Assembly: GCA_951406725.2 (NCBI GenBank)
Contig: OX597814.1
Coordinates: 119,164,001-119,228,000 of the forward strand
Direction of reading: 5' to 3'
Length of the DNA: 64,000 bases
Source: Octopus vulgaris
Lineage: Eukaryota
Both the position numbers and the translations under genes were made by a program. A model generated the notes under the pieces. That model ran no database searches and was not told the origin of the DNA. It saw nothing but the letters and a program-made list of their open reading frames with translations. Positions 51,341 to 64,000 of the stretch are shown one piece after another. Every line of letters begins with the position of its first letter. The stretch's first letter is position 1.

Positions 51341-51342
<2 letters not shown>
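50918..51342 (+). mobile_element. PLE 3' end between (TA)n tracts
   Basis: Begins with SRCIHKFSF (the EN C-terminal CxH..F motif) and contains a hammerhead related to the 49.3/50.7 kb ones. Confidence 0.7.
51221..51266 (+). ncRNA. Minimal type I hammerhead motif
   Basis: TCT-CTGATGA-(decayed stem II)-GAAAC-AGCT-GTA-AGA; stem III ACAGCTGT is a perfect palindrome. Confidence 0.7.
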
Positions 51343-51391
<49 letters not shown>

Positions 51392-51919
51392 TTTTATTGT
51401 ATATATTTATAGCGTATGCGTTATAATGAAACTTGAAAGGATGTTATATGTTTGAAGAGATTCTTGCAATGCTAAAGTAGAAATGAAAATCTAGAAAATC
51501 CTTATATATTTTCGGTCAATCTCACATCTACAGAGGAAATATGTAATAATGGTCAAAATAATAGAATCCAGCTTTCGCAATGTTTTCTCGGCCGTAAGTA
51601 TAAACAGTAGCATTGACGGATATCGGTCTCCTTTCTTCAATTAACTTCACCGCCCCAAACACTGATAATAGAATAAACCATACAAATCAACCAACGTCTG
51701 CTCTCTGAAAATACTACAGTGCACGAAATAACCCAAACGCTCCCACTAAACAGAGACAACTATTCATCGTTTATTTTTTTCGGTAACATACAGCGACATC
51801 TACCTTATCAATTACAATCGTGCTCACGACAACAGCCCATGTATCAATGAACAAAAACTAGAAAAATGTCCCACATATTGAGTACTTAATTGTACATCAG
51901 AAACAATCATTGTTGTTAT

Positions 51920-52750
51920 TTATCTTAATTTAGGCCTAAACCAAACACTTTCCCTTAAACGTTAGATCACAAATTAGAGATTTTATGTCCATTTTAGGGT
52001 CATGCACAAGTCGGAGAAAGAGAGGAGCAGCTATTTTCATCTACGATCCCTTTATCACAAATTCAAAGGAAGTATTATCTAATGGCTACTCGGAATCTAC
52101 CCATTTCAAAGAAAGCTTCTTATGGTGTCTCCAGTATTTGAAATTCTTCATCCAGTAATGCAAATATTGGAAAGAAACAATAATGGGCGATTTAAACCTT
52201 GCTTTTAGGATCGGTCTAAAAGTAACCTTAAAAATGGGATTTTCATCTCGACTTCGGTCAAAGGCACTTTTTAAACTTTTTAATCACTTTTTAAGTGTTT
52301 CTCAGCTTTCCCAATTCTTTCTTCAGCTAACATAACACAACAAAGCCGTTCTGGAATTTGTGATGAGTAACCAAGCTCGCTCTATTCATAATACCATATT
52401 ATGAATATAATATGATATATAATATTCATATATAGTTCATATATAATATTCATAATATCAAATTATATCTCAAAAACGATAAGTTACTGTGTAGTATCGC
52501 TTTCTCAAGTTCAGAAAATCATTGACCTCAGCGCAATCATTTTGCAATCTGAATTTACATAAATAGCTTAATTAAACTTTATCGCATATTGACTAGATGT
52601 ATTGTCTAGATACCATCAGGGGTAAGAGTATTTTTGCAGCACTTAAAAACACTATTCCACCCCTATGTGTTAACCACACACCATCACGATCTAAAAACAA
52701 AAGTGAATTAAGGCTCCTGCAAAATCTGATTTGCGCCACATAACATTGCA
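51920..52750 (+). pseudogene. Decayed LINE apurinic-type endonuclease remnant (L1/Tx1-like)
   Basis: Traces in the expected order: GLN (~51933), RGAAIFI (~52021), TIMGDLN (~52177), SHID (~52582). Confidence 0.45.
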
Positions 52751-53216
52751 TCACAATTTTTTTTTTTTTTTACCTAAACTGGTATTGGCTTATTCAACAT
52801 TACAAACAAAGCCATTAAAAAAAAAGTGCCCCATTTCATTCAGTCTGTAACTGGCAAATTTCCTTCAATAAATATCAGACACCAACACATTTCGGCGAGA
52901 ATCACTTCCTGCTGGACTCCTAAAACAATACTAAAAACTATCCTAGCTACTGGTATTACGCTAGGCATGGCCAGGGCCAACATACACACATACATACATA
53001 CACGAGGAGAAAGAGAGAGACAATAAAACAATAGAAATATATTCAGAAATAAGTATATTGTATGGATATATAAAATATATCTTTTACCAGTCTGTTATTA
53101 ATATATGGGTTTAATAATTTAATTTGCCAAAATTAAAATACATCTTCCTGTACGACTTAAATTTATAGTGACCCTAAAGTGACGGCAGAACGCGTTCGTT
53201 AAACTTTTTCTAGTAT

Positions 53217-53631
53217 TCTTTTATGCTCTTTTACTCTTTTACTTGTTTCAATCATTTGACTGGCCACGCTGCAGCACCGCCTTTAGTCGAGCAGAATCGA
53301 TTCCAGGACTTATTCTTTGTAACCGTAGTACTTATTATATCGGTCCCTTTTCCCGAACCGCTAAGTTACGGGGACGTAAACGCAAAAACATCGGTTGTCA
53401 GCGATGTTGGGTGGGGGGTGGGGGTGGGGCAAACACGGACACACAAACATATACACACACATACATATATATACATATATACGACGGGTTTCATTCAGTT
53501 TCCGTCTACCAAATCCACTCACAAGGCTTTGGTTGGTCCGAGGCTATATTAGAAGGTGCCACGCAGTGGGACTGAACCCGGAACCATGTGGTTCGTAAGC
53601 AAGCTACTTACCACACAGCCACTCCTACGCC
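53217..53631 (-). mobile_element. SINE family A
   Basis: Close match to other copies; ends CCACACAGCCACTCCTACGCC. Confidence 0.92.
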
Positions 53632-54244
53632 TATTGAGAGAAATTATTGTCTAACAACCGGTGTATTTTTTACACTTTCTTTATTACGTTTTTTATTACC
53701 TAATTATTTATTTACAATTGAAGTCACACTCGGCTAATGATTTAGCGAATAACACCGACTTTTCCCTAATCATTGTCCTATAATCAGTAGCACTTTCGTC
53801 TGAGCTTATTACACTGTTTATTGGACTCGATATTGGAATCTGATGATCTTCCTCATTTGCTGCATACAAATATTTTCCTACTTTCTAGTGTTTACTCTTA
53901 ATATGTATTAGTTCCACTATCGCAACCGTCAGACATTCTTTCTCAAGAATGGGAACCAAGTCTGTTTGTTAATAAGGCTTATTTAGAATCCATTTCGTGT
54001 GAATTATTCTGCTCTAATTATTGCTAATCCACGATGTGTTTGTTTATTTCCTAGTTAACGTTGCATCTGTAAGTTTTGTTTTCACTCTCTTGGAGATTGG
54101 ACTCCATTTCAAGTAGTAATCCTTTAGGAAATATATTTCTCACATTGTTCGAGATGATTGTCAGTCAAAACAACAACACATCCTCAGAATAAGACATGAA
54201 ACTTTAAATATTCTAGCATGCGCGTAAGACAGAGAATTTAACTG

Positions 54245-54284
<40 letters not shown>

Positions 54285-54400
54285 TATACACACATACACA
54301 CACAAACATAAGTGGAATTACAATCTCCATTAAGAATAAATGTTGTATATCTAATACAACTGAATTACTATAGGCATATGTATTTTGATTTTCACGTCTA

Positions 54401-54435
<35 letters not shown>

Positions 54436-55140
54436 TACAACTTGTACATGCAAGTATATACGTGTATGGATATTAAGTAATAATGATATAAATGTATGCT
54501 AAAACTAAGTTTAGAACTCTCCAACTTTTTCCTTTATTCTAAACTAACTTTTGCCAAACATACTTGCTGTAGTCTCTAATGGTATGTACATATTTAAAGT
54601 AAACACAAGAGATATATTTCTTTCTTAAGAATTCACATAATTACTCACTCAGCTTCTGAGAAATTATGGCTTCTATAAAGCACTTCCAATGATTTCCTAT
54701 ATTCAACACATTATAAATATTTTCAAGATACTTAACATTTCCATCATATATAAGAACTGTAAGACATCATGTAATCTACTCTTTAGACTTGACTATCAAT
54801 TATGGAATTTGTTCCCGGAAACACTGAAGATGCATTACGCACATCCAGACGGTAGCAGTAGTTGGCTCAAACGTTACAGTGTTTGAGAAAATCTCTGAAG
54901 GTATTTAATGATGGCGTGAGCATTCTGGTTTCAAATCGACGAATTATCCTCCTCTCCTCTCGAGCCAAATGTTAAACATAAGGCTACTCAACACTGGTCA
55001 CCATCATTTTGTGTCAATGGTTCTCAGCTAGAATCCATATGACCCTTGAGGTTCCAAACAAGATTCTGCTGTTAAAATTTATGTGCAATAAATTGGTTAT
55101 ACTTCTGACAAATTTTTATACATAAAAAAAATTTTTTTTA

Positions 55141-55518
55141 GGCGTAGAAGTGACCGTGTGGCAAGTAGCTTGCTTACGAACCACATGGTTCCGGGTTCAG
55201 TCCCAGTGCGTAGCATCTTGGGCAAGTGTCTTCTACTATAGCCTCGGGCCGACCAAAGCCCTATGAGTGGATTTGGTAGACGGAAACTGAAAGAAGTTCA
55301 CCGTATATATGTATATACATATATATGTGTGTGTTTGTGTGTCTGTGTTTGTCCCTTAACATCGCTTGACAACCGACTTAGCGGTTCGACAAAAGAGACC
55401 GATAGAATAAGTAGTACGCTTACAAAGAATAAGTCCTGGGGTCGATTTGCACAACTAAAGGAGGTGTTCCAGCATGGCCGCAGTCAAATGACTGAAGCAA
55501 GTAAAAGAGTAAAAGAGA
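55141..55518 (+). mobile_element. SINE family A
   Basis: GGCGTAGAAGTGACC.. head to (AAAAGAGT)n tail; small internal deletion. Confidence 0.92.
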
Positions 55519-56113
55519 ATATTGTTTCCAATACTATTTAATTATATAAATATTAAAGGGAATGTTTTAAAATATCGAATGGCTATGGAGGGGCAAAGGA
55601 TAAAACAGGAATCAAAGAGTTCCCCAAGCAAAAAATAATTGCAAACCAATATGTTATGAGCAGAAGTGCATCAATAAATATATATAATTATTACACATCA
55701 ATAATTCAATTTATGCCATTGAAAAATATTTATTAAATGATATATGTACATAAAGTATCCTCATTATATTTTGTACAACATTTTAAAAATTATATGAGTG
55801 AGCATTCTCCATGTTTGTTATATTGGTATTACACAATTTCCCTCATGCAATATTAAATACAATGACGTACTATCAATGAAAGTTAACGTCTCCTTGAGGA
55901 CTAATTTCCCTTATAGAGTGTATTCGTTTGAGATTATCTTGTATTTATATACATCTTTAGCTATCTAACTTTATGAACTATATTGAAATTTACATACATA
56001 AAAGATGTATCGAGATACAATCTCTTTGAGTGTTTAGCCTGATTATTAAGCTCTGTCTCGAAAGTAAATCACATTGTTCAAATGACCAAATATTTGATTT
56101 ATGATTTTTAATT

Positions 56114-56270
56114 GCGCATGAGTGACCGTGTGGTAAATAGCTTGCTTACCAAGCACATGGTCTTGGATTCAGTTCCACTGCGTAGCACCTTGGACAAGTG
56201 TCTTCTACTCTAGCCTCGGGCTGACCAAAGCCTTGTGAGGGAATTCGGTAGACGGCTGAAAGAAGCCCGT

Positions 56271-56339
<69 letters not shown>

Positions 56340-56535
56340 GTTTGTGTGTCTGTGTTTGTCCCCCCTTCACCATCGTTTCACAACAGATGCTGGTGGGTTT
56401 ACGTAGCGATTCGGCAAAAGAGACCGATAGAATAAGTATTAGGGTTACAAAGAATAAACTCTGGGGTCGATTTGCTCGTCTAAAGGCGGTGCTCCAGCAT
56501 GGGCGCAGTCAAATCATTTAAACAAGTAAAAGAAT
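56114..56535 (+). mobile_element. SINE family A
   Basis: Colinear with 55141-55518. Confidence 0.9.
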
Positions 56536-56607
56536 GAAATAATCTAAAACTTTGCACAAAATATTTTGTCGGCAATCATAGTAATCGATCATATTACATT
56601 TATTCTC

Positions 56608-57017
56608 TCTTTTTCTTTACTTTCTTTTACTTGTTTCAGTCATTTGACTGTGGCCATGCTGGAGCACCGCCTTTAGTCGAGCAAATCGAACCCAGGACAT
56701 ATTCTTTTTATGCCTAGTACTTATTCTATCGGTCTCCTTTTGCCGAACCACAAAGTTACGGGGACATAAGCACACCAGCATCGGTTGTCAAGCGATGCTG
56801 GGGGTAGAAACACAGACACACAAACATATACACACATACATATATATATACATATATACGACGGGCTTCTTTCAGTTTCCGTCAAACAAATCCACTCACA
56901 GGGCTTTGGTCAGCCCGAGTCTATAGTAGAAGAGACTTGCTCAAGGTGCCACGCAATGGGTCTGAACCCGGATCATGTGGTTCGTAAGCAAGCTACTTAC
57001 CACACAACCACCCCTGC
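56608..57017 (-). mobile_element. SINE family A
   Basis: Reverse-complement copy about 70 bp downstream of the previous one. Confidence 0.9.
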
Positions 57018-57308
57018 AAATAAAGCCTTTGAAATCCATATGCGTTAATCATAATGTAAATGTTAATAACTAAAAGCAGATCTCCATATATTTTCCTTAC
57101 TCTCTCTGTAGGGAAAGATTGGCGATTGCACCAACAACAGATTTCTAACTTATAATAATGATATTCAACAGTCATATAGCTTCATTCTTAAATGTCAATA
57201 AATTGCGAAAAATAAGTAATTGTTATAAATGTGGACGTAATTATATAATATAAATATGTATACATGCGTGTGTGTGTACGTATATATCTGTGTGCTTATA
57301 TACACAAA

Positions 57309-57361
<53 letters not shown>

Positions 57362-57748
57362 TATACAATATAGAATTGAAAAGTGTTACGTCAATGTGAT
57401 ATTTCTTCCTGATGAAACCAGATAGATACAATGTCAGCAATATTCTCTGAAAATTATTCTGTATCGATAAAAGCTTAATGTGTCTTAGATAAAATAAAAT
57501 CTTACGAGTCTACACTTAAGTGAAATTAAAGTAATATTTCCTGTATTCTTGAAGGAAAGATTATAAATGCAAGTATAAACCTCAAGATTTGTATTTGTAA
57601 AAAAGAATAAGAAAAAATATATTAAGTGAATAGTGTTCCTCACTTGGGCAACTTATGTTTTTCTTTTTTATTTCGTAGGGATAATAGATGAGATATATAT
57701 ATTATGTAATATAAGAGTTTTCTATCATCAAAATATTTTCAGTGGATA

Positions 57749-57810
<62 letters not shown>

Positions 57811-59409
57811 GGGAAAATGTTAGTTAATATAACTTGAAAATGAAGACTACTAAATGCAATAGAAAAAACAGAAATATAATGTTTACACTCGTCCACAAAT
57901 CTGGTGAATATACGGAGAGTATAATGGGACATAACTTGAAAACGATGTAAACTGTATAGTAGAATACTAACTCCATTACAGACTTTATATGAAATATAGT
58001 ACATTCGTATTAACATAATTTCATTTTTATTAAGTCTACAATAAATTTAATACTAGAAAGATTTTAATGTATTTTTTTCTTCTTATTCTGAAACTGTTTT
58101 GGGTTGTGAATTTACCGTCTCTTTCCAAATTCGAATGGAATGCTTTTTCTAGGTATGTTTTTGCTAAAATATATATTCCTTATAGTTTATAAGTGCAACT
58201 GAATGAGAGAATGATTAGATTATTTAACTATATAAATACGTTTTCATACGAGCGAAACAATTCTGAACTCAAGGTGATATTTCAATGAAAGCTCTATCCA
58301 TATAAGTAAAGACACAAAATTTTTTGCCAGTGTTTATATAAATTTGGTCAAAATTTTATATTTTATATTGAAACATATAACACTTGCTAAAGACAGGTAT
58401 ATTGAGAGGAAGCTACAACACGTTTATAAGTCTCATATGTAGAAACCTACGGTTGAATTTTTTCTATATTTTGTGCGGGACATAATTGAATTTTAAATAA
58501 TTTTCCATCTGAAAGCAGTGAGAAAACATAAAATATATCTTATCATATCCTCATATTACACAAAAAATTACTAATTCATATTGACAGAAATTCATTTAGT
58601 AATACATCAACTACGTTTTTTTTATTTTAAATTTTGAGTGTTTAATACAACTTTCAAACATATATTTAAAGTTTAGGATTAATGATAATATTTATTAAAT
58701 ATCTGATTTTACATTTAATCATATTTTCTAATTGTGCGTAAGATGTGACATTATATGTAATATAATCAAATGAAAATTTTCTCAAAGTATCCGATTTATA
58801 AATGTAATATGATCAAATAAAATACTGTACACATATCTTCTTGAAAATTGACACTTCTTAAGGACAATTTGTATATACGTAAGGAAAAGAAATGAAATAA
58901 AAATTTTGTTTTTATAGTTTTGCATAACGTTACTAAATTATATCTGAAAAAGGCGAATGTATTTCAGAAGCCAGTAGAAAGAACGAATGAAATGATTTTA
59001 ATGAGAAAAGATTCATTCTGAATCTTACATCTAAAACCAAATGCTCTCAGACTTTCCTATCCACTGAATTCAAAATGAAGATTGATATCCGAAACTCAAA
59101 ATTACATGATATTCAACGATGAATTTTAAATTAAATCTAGCGTATAAAGTAAATCACTTATATATATATATGCGTGTGTGCGTACGCGCGTGTGTTTATG
59201 TGTGCGTGCGGACATGCGTGTGTGCGTGCGGCTATACACGTGTGTGTGCATACGTATGTGTGAGTATGCGTGTGTATATATCCGTTTATATGTATGTTCG
59301 TATGTGTATGTATATGTATGACAATAAATACCTGCATATATATCAACATAATGTTATATTTATGTGTTTACATATCTATTTGCATATCTTTGGAAATGTA
59401 ACATCAACT

Positions 59410-59456
<47 letters not shown>

Positions 59457-59473
59457 CATAGATACATAGATAC

Positions 59474-59527
<54 letters not shown>
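59410..59527. repeat. (GATA)n microsatellite
   Basis: Directly visible. Confidence 0.95.
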
Positions 59528-59609
59528 GTGGAGAGAGAGAGCGCGCAACTCGTGTATGCAACTGTACATCTATACGCCTATACATATGTGTGTGTGTTTG
59601 TGTGTATAC

Positions 59610-59992
59610 TATTCTATATTTTTCAGATGATGAATTATGTATATTATTTACAATGGACGGATAGGAGTCCGGCCTTTGCTTGTTGATATCAGAACATTTC
59701 AGCTGATGTGCTCTCCAGCCTTCATCAAGTGTTCTGGTGGAACTTTGCACCAAGCACTTTAGTTGACTAATGGGCCACTCTGCTCTCATTCCTAAGGTAT
59801 TCTTTTCCTTCGTTTCTTTTGTTTTTGCTTTTGCTGAAGTTAATTTTTGTTGATATTGTTTCTCAAGTCCCTGCCTGAGATTGAACTTAGGATCCGAAAG
59901 TTAGTAGCCCGCGCTCTTATCCACTACGTTAGTCAAAAAAAGATTGGGTTCAAATTCCACCACAACACCTCATGAAGGCTGGAGAGTATATC
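59610..59992 (-). mobile_element. tRNA-headed SINE-like element with hammerhead-like tail and inverted partial 5' copy
   Basis: RC 59928-59868: CGTAGTGGATAAGAGCGCGGGCTACTAACTTTCGGATCCTAAGTTCAATCTCAGGCAG (A/B boxes). Then an A-rich linker, then TTGATGA-A-GGCTG..CAGCT-GAAAT-GTT at 59735-59689. 59929-59992 is an inverted copy of ~59705-59770. Confidence 0.7.
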
Positions 59993-60018
59993 TTATATAT
60001 ATATGTATATACACACAC

Positions 60019-60073
<55 letters not shown>

Positions 60074-60217
60074 AATTAAGGACTGAACACGAAAAGTGGA
60101 CAGTCAACATGCTAGATATAGACGCCAAATCGTCATTCACCACAAAAGATTATGTTCTCAGATCAAACTCAACACAAAACCATAGCAATAAACAAGTGAA
60201 AAATATACGAAATAAAA

Positions 60218-60268
<51 letters not shown>

Positions 60269-60619
60269 GTGTGCCTGTGTTCTTGCACCTACGTACGTAT
60301 ATATACTTCAATATGTGCATAACATTACAACTGTTTATGTTACAAGCAGTTAGAATATTTTGCCTTCATGTTAATACTCTGTGGAATGCATATTTATTCT
60401 CTTGAGTTCTCAGTAAAATGCAACAACACTAAGATTTATTTTCATTGAATCTGTGAAATATGCGGCCATTTTCATATTACACACTTTCGCGTACGCATAT
60501 GTGCTAGCACATACAAACATATATATGTATATATTGAAACATGAAACATATACATAGATATATACATGCATGTTTATATTTACACGCACATATGTGTACA
60601 ACACTTATATGAACACATT

Positions 60620-60666
<47 letters not shown>

Positions 60667-61323
60667 GTATATATATATATAAGTGAGATGGATATTGAAG
60701 TGCATATAAAACGTATACACATGTCTGTGTGATCTTATGTGTCTGTTGATTTATATAATTAGATATTTTCCTACTTGTTATCTCTCCTATTCAGGCACAT
60801 CTATTGAGACGTAGTCTTATTGTCTTATCTTACTTGAATGGAATGTTTGTTTGTTTTTTTTATAGTGAGAATCAACTCGGATTATTATTGTTTGATGAGG
60901 ATATTTATATCGTAATGAACTTACTTGTTTAAGAATAATCTCATATCCTCCAGGTGAAGAAAGATCAAGTATAATACACTTGTAAAATTCCAATACCGAA
61001 CGGTCAAGCATTCGTAGATCATCATGTGCTTGGGATACGTCTTCAAGTCGATGCATGTATATGGATACATTGTATTGTTGTCGTGTAAACGTGCTCAATA
61101 TTTGTTCGATTCGCATAAGTCCTGTTGGAAAAAATAGAGAAATAATTTATATGTGATTAGACGTGTCGTTTCTATGAACCAAATCAAAGAATGTTCTTTA
61201 ATCTTTAAGGCATCATCAACAGTGCAGAATCAAACAAGACAATGGTAAGAAAGGTTTTTGGTAACAAAGATAAAACCGACATTTTGAGATAAATATCGAA
61301 TTATTTGAAAGTCATTAATTCTA

Positions 61324-61363
<40 letters not shown>

Positions 61364-61390
61364 GATAGATATGTATTTGTGCGTGCGTGA

Positions 61391-61427
<37 letters not shown>

Positions 61428-61515
61428 TAGATAGATATGTATTTGTGTGTGCATGATTGTATATATATATATATAAATAAATGTATGTATACATATTATT
61501 TATGTGTATGTATAT

Positions 61516-62275
61516 CAGAGACCTGGGTGTAATTGTTGATGACACGATCTCAGTTTGAGTGCACACATCAACATGAAGGTCGATATAGCTCGTAGGATGA
61601 GTTCCTGGATCTTAAGAACTTTCCGGTCCAGAGAAGAAGGTGTCATCATACCACTTTTCTCCTCCTTTGTACGGCCACACCTCGAATATTGCTGCCCACT
61701 GTGGTCTCCCCATACAAGACAAAACATCTCCAGGATTGAGTCACCCTAGTGGGCACTCACTAAACGAATTTAAGGCATGGCTGCTCTCGATTATTGGGAT
61801 CGCCTTAAAGCCTTTAAACTTTACTCTCTCCAGCGTCGCCGTGAGCGGTACATCATTTGTACGATGTGGAGAATATACCACCAACTTTGCCCAAACGACC
61901 TTAACATTAGCTTCAAGGTTCATCCAAGACTGGGACCACGGGCCATACGTCCCCTGCCCAATTCAAGATTACAACATACATGTACACTGCAACATAATTT
62001 CTTTTCCTCAACAGGCCCTGCCCTATTTAACATTGTCCCGAGGGAAATCAAAGAGGAAAAGGATCCCATCAACTTTAAACGGAGTCTGGATAGATTCCTT
62101 CAAAGAATACCAGATAAGCCACCCATAATTGGATACAACTCACCCAACAAGAACTCACTACTTGAATGGACCATAAACAAAACTTGACTTAAACAGGATT
62201 CGAATAATCCTATCAGGCGGTGCTATTAAGTTAGACATGGCCTGGACCAATCTTTGGTCGAAACATATCTAAGTT
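61516..62275 (+). mobile_element. CR1-clade LINE 3' fragment (RT C-terminus + 3' UTR), pseudogenised
   Basis: [93 protein letters not shown]; stops and frameshift; 3' hairpin; flanked by (TA)-rich repeats. Confidence 0.92.
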
Positions 62276-62754
62276 TATATATATTTATATATATATATAT
62301 AATATGAAACTAAAATTAATGGCATGTTTTGTAATATTTTTGCATTTTTATTTGATTTTTTTCACATTATATCGTGTTCAAATATAAGCAACAGGAGTCT
62401 TTTAAAAATTATTAGTAATATCATACCTAGCTATGTGTCATTACTCACATTATTAGAAACAAAACTTAGAATTTATGGAATTTTCTGATATTTGAAACAA
62501 GAAAACCAAAGTCAAATAATTGATATTTTTATCTTATAATGGCACAAGTAAAATGACAGAATTTGTGCAGATATTTTCTAACTTTAGACCAATGCCTCAA
62601 TTGGACCATTCACATTAAATAAATTCTTCAAAATTGAGACTTGCTGATATTCACATGAATATCAAGTAAATTTATCGACTGCTATTTCCAGTAAACAGTG
62701 GCATTTTGTTGTACCTCTACTCTCTTTCTCTTTCCATCTCTCTCTTTCTCTCTC

Positions 62755-62835
<81 letters not shown>

Positions 62836-62870
62836 GAATTGGTTTCAAGTGTTTAAAATGTTATGTAAAT

Positions 62871-63149
62871 GTGAGTGGACAAACGAAAGAAGGGCACGCA
62901 ACACGTTTATTGGAGCACGTTACACGTATGGAGCAAAACAGTTTCATTAAAATTCATTGGTACTCCGAATTTCAAGTGTGATGCTAATCTTCAGCCATTG
63001 GAGATTTGAAATTCAAATTCCCAATGCCTGACGATTAACATCACGCTTGGAACTCGGTGTACCAAAGAATTTGAATCAAACTGTTTTGATCCATACATGT
63101 AAGTCTCAATAAATGTGTTGCGTACTCTTCCTTCGTTTGTCCACTCTCA

Positions 63150-63150
<1 letters not shown>
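62871..63150. repeat. Spacer-less ~280-bp palindrome between (TA)n tracts
   Basis: Arms 62871-63010 and 63012-63150, centred on TTTGAA-A-TTCAAA; arms visibly diverged. Confidence 0.88.
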
Positions 63151-63209
<59 letters not shown>

Positions 63210-63245
63210 TATATACACATATATATATACACATATATATATATA

Positions 63246-63297
<52 letters not shown>

Positions 63298-63309
63298 TAT
63301 ATATATATA

Positions 63310-63364
<55 letters not shown>

Positions 63365-63412
63365 CGTTAGCGCGAAGCAGTGTTTTCGTATTAATCATAA
63401 TTAAGGTTAGTT

Positions 63413-63795
63413 GAAATATGGTTTTCACATATTTCAAGAGCTAAAAGGCAAATGCACTGCAGTTTCCGCAGAGAAAAAGTCTCGCTTATGGTAAAAGGTG
63501 TCAAAACATTAGGTTCGTTCAATATCGCCAAACATTAGGAATCCCAGATATCGTATTAACCGAATTACATATAAAGGTACGGCTTTATTAAGTTCGTTCA
63601 GAGTTGCCTCTCTTGGGTACATCTCATTGGAATGAATAGAAAATCTTGAAACATCGATGTTTGGGATTCCTAATAAATGACGACACAGAATGAACCAGGT
63701 GTTTTCACACCTTTTTACCATAAGAGAGAGTTTTCTCCACGGTAACTTCAGTGTTTCTACCTTTTAACAGTAGAAATATGTGACAAACATTTCAA
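63413..63795. mobile_element. MITE-like element with long imperfect TIRs
   Basis: ~63413-63555 is inverted at ~63652-63795 (CTTATGGTAAAAGGTG/CACCTTTTTACCATAAG; TTAGGAATCCCA/TGGGATTCCTAA). Confidence 0.75.
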
Positions 63796-63813
63796 GTAGC
63801 CTAAATTCTGCCC

Positions 63814-63875
<62 letters not shown>

Positions 63876-64000
63876 GTGTGTGTGTGTTTTGTTTCCCGTC
63901 GAAGCTTCTATGTTGATTAAAAAAAACTGTGTGTGTGACTGTCGAGTTATAATAAAAACAATGTCATATTAAACCAAATGATTAGTTTTTGTTGAATACT

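Noticed and set aside
59868-59928. tRNA gene (ACT anticodon-like loop)
   Set aside because: Acceptor stem missing and 5' end clipped; treated as a SINE head. The same applies to the SINE-A and SINE-B heads.
62238-62275. GACCA/TGGTC hairpin followed by GAAACATAT, resembling half a hammerhead
   Set aside because: No CTGANGA upstream; best explained as the CR1 3' UTR stem-loop.

Overview
AT-rich, microsatellite-dense eukaryotic DNA with no convincing host protein-coding exon; almost every ORF in the track is a microsatellite read-through. The repeats look like those of an octopus (cephalopod) genome, judged from SINE families recalled from memory, not from a search. The window is mostly decayed transposons. 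It holds a 5'-truncated Penelope-like element (PLE; RT + GIY-YIG, Naiad-like) at 1.6-3.8 kb, several PLE 3'-end remnants flanked by inverted terminal copies, a mariner, RTE, CR1, L2-like, L1/Tx1-like and R4/Dong LINE fragments, three tRNA-derived SINE families and several foldback elements. The main result is a hidden layer of candidate self-cleaving RNA motifs. About a dozen minimal type I hammerhead motifs occur, several with palindromic stem III and one family with a variant CUGUNGAA core. A tRNA-headed SINE-like element carries a hammerhead-like tail and a PLE-type inverted 5' copy (59.6-60.0 kb). A ~185-bp element starts exactly with a candidate P4-less HDV-like ribozyme (8619-8707). All folds were derived by eye and need computational and biochemical testing.
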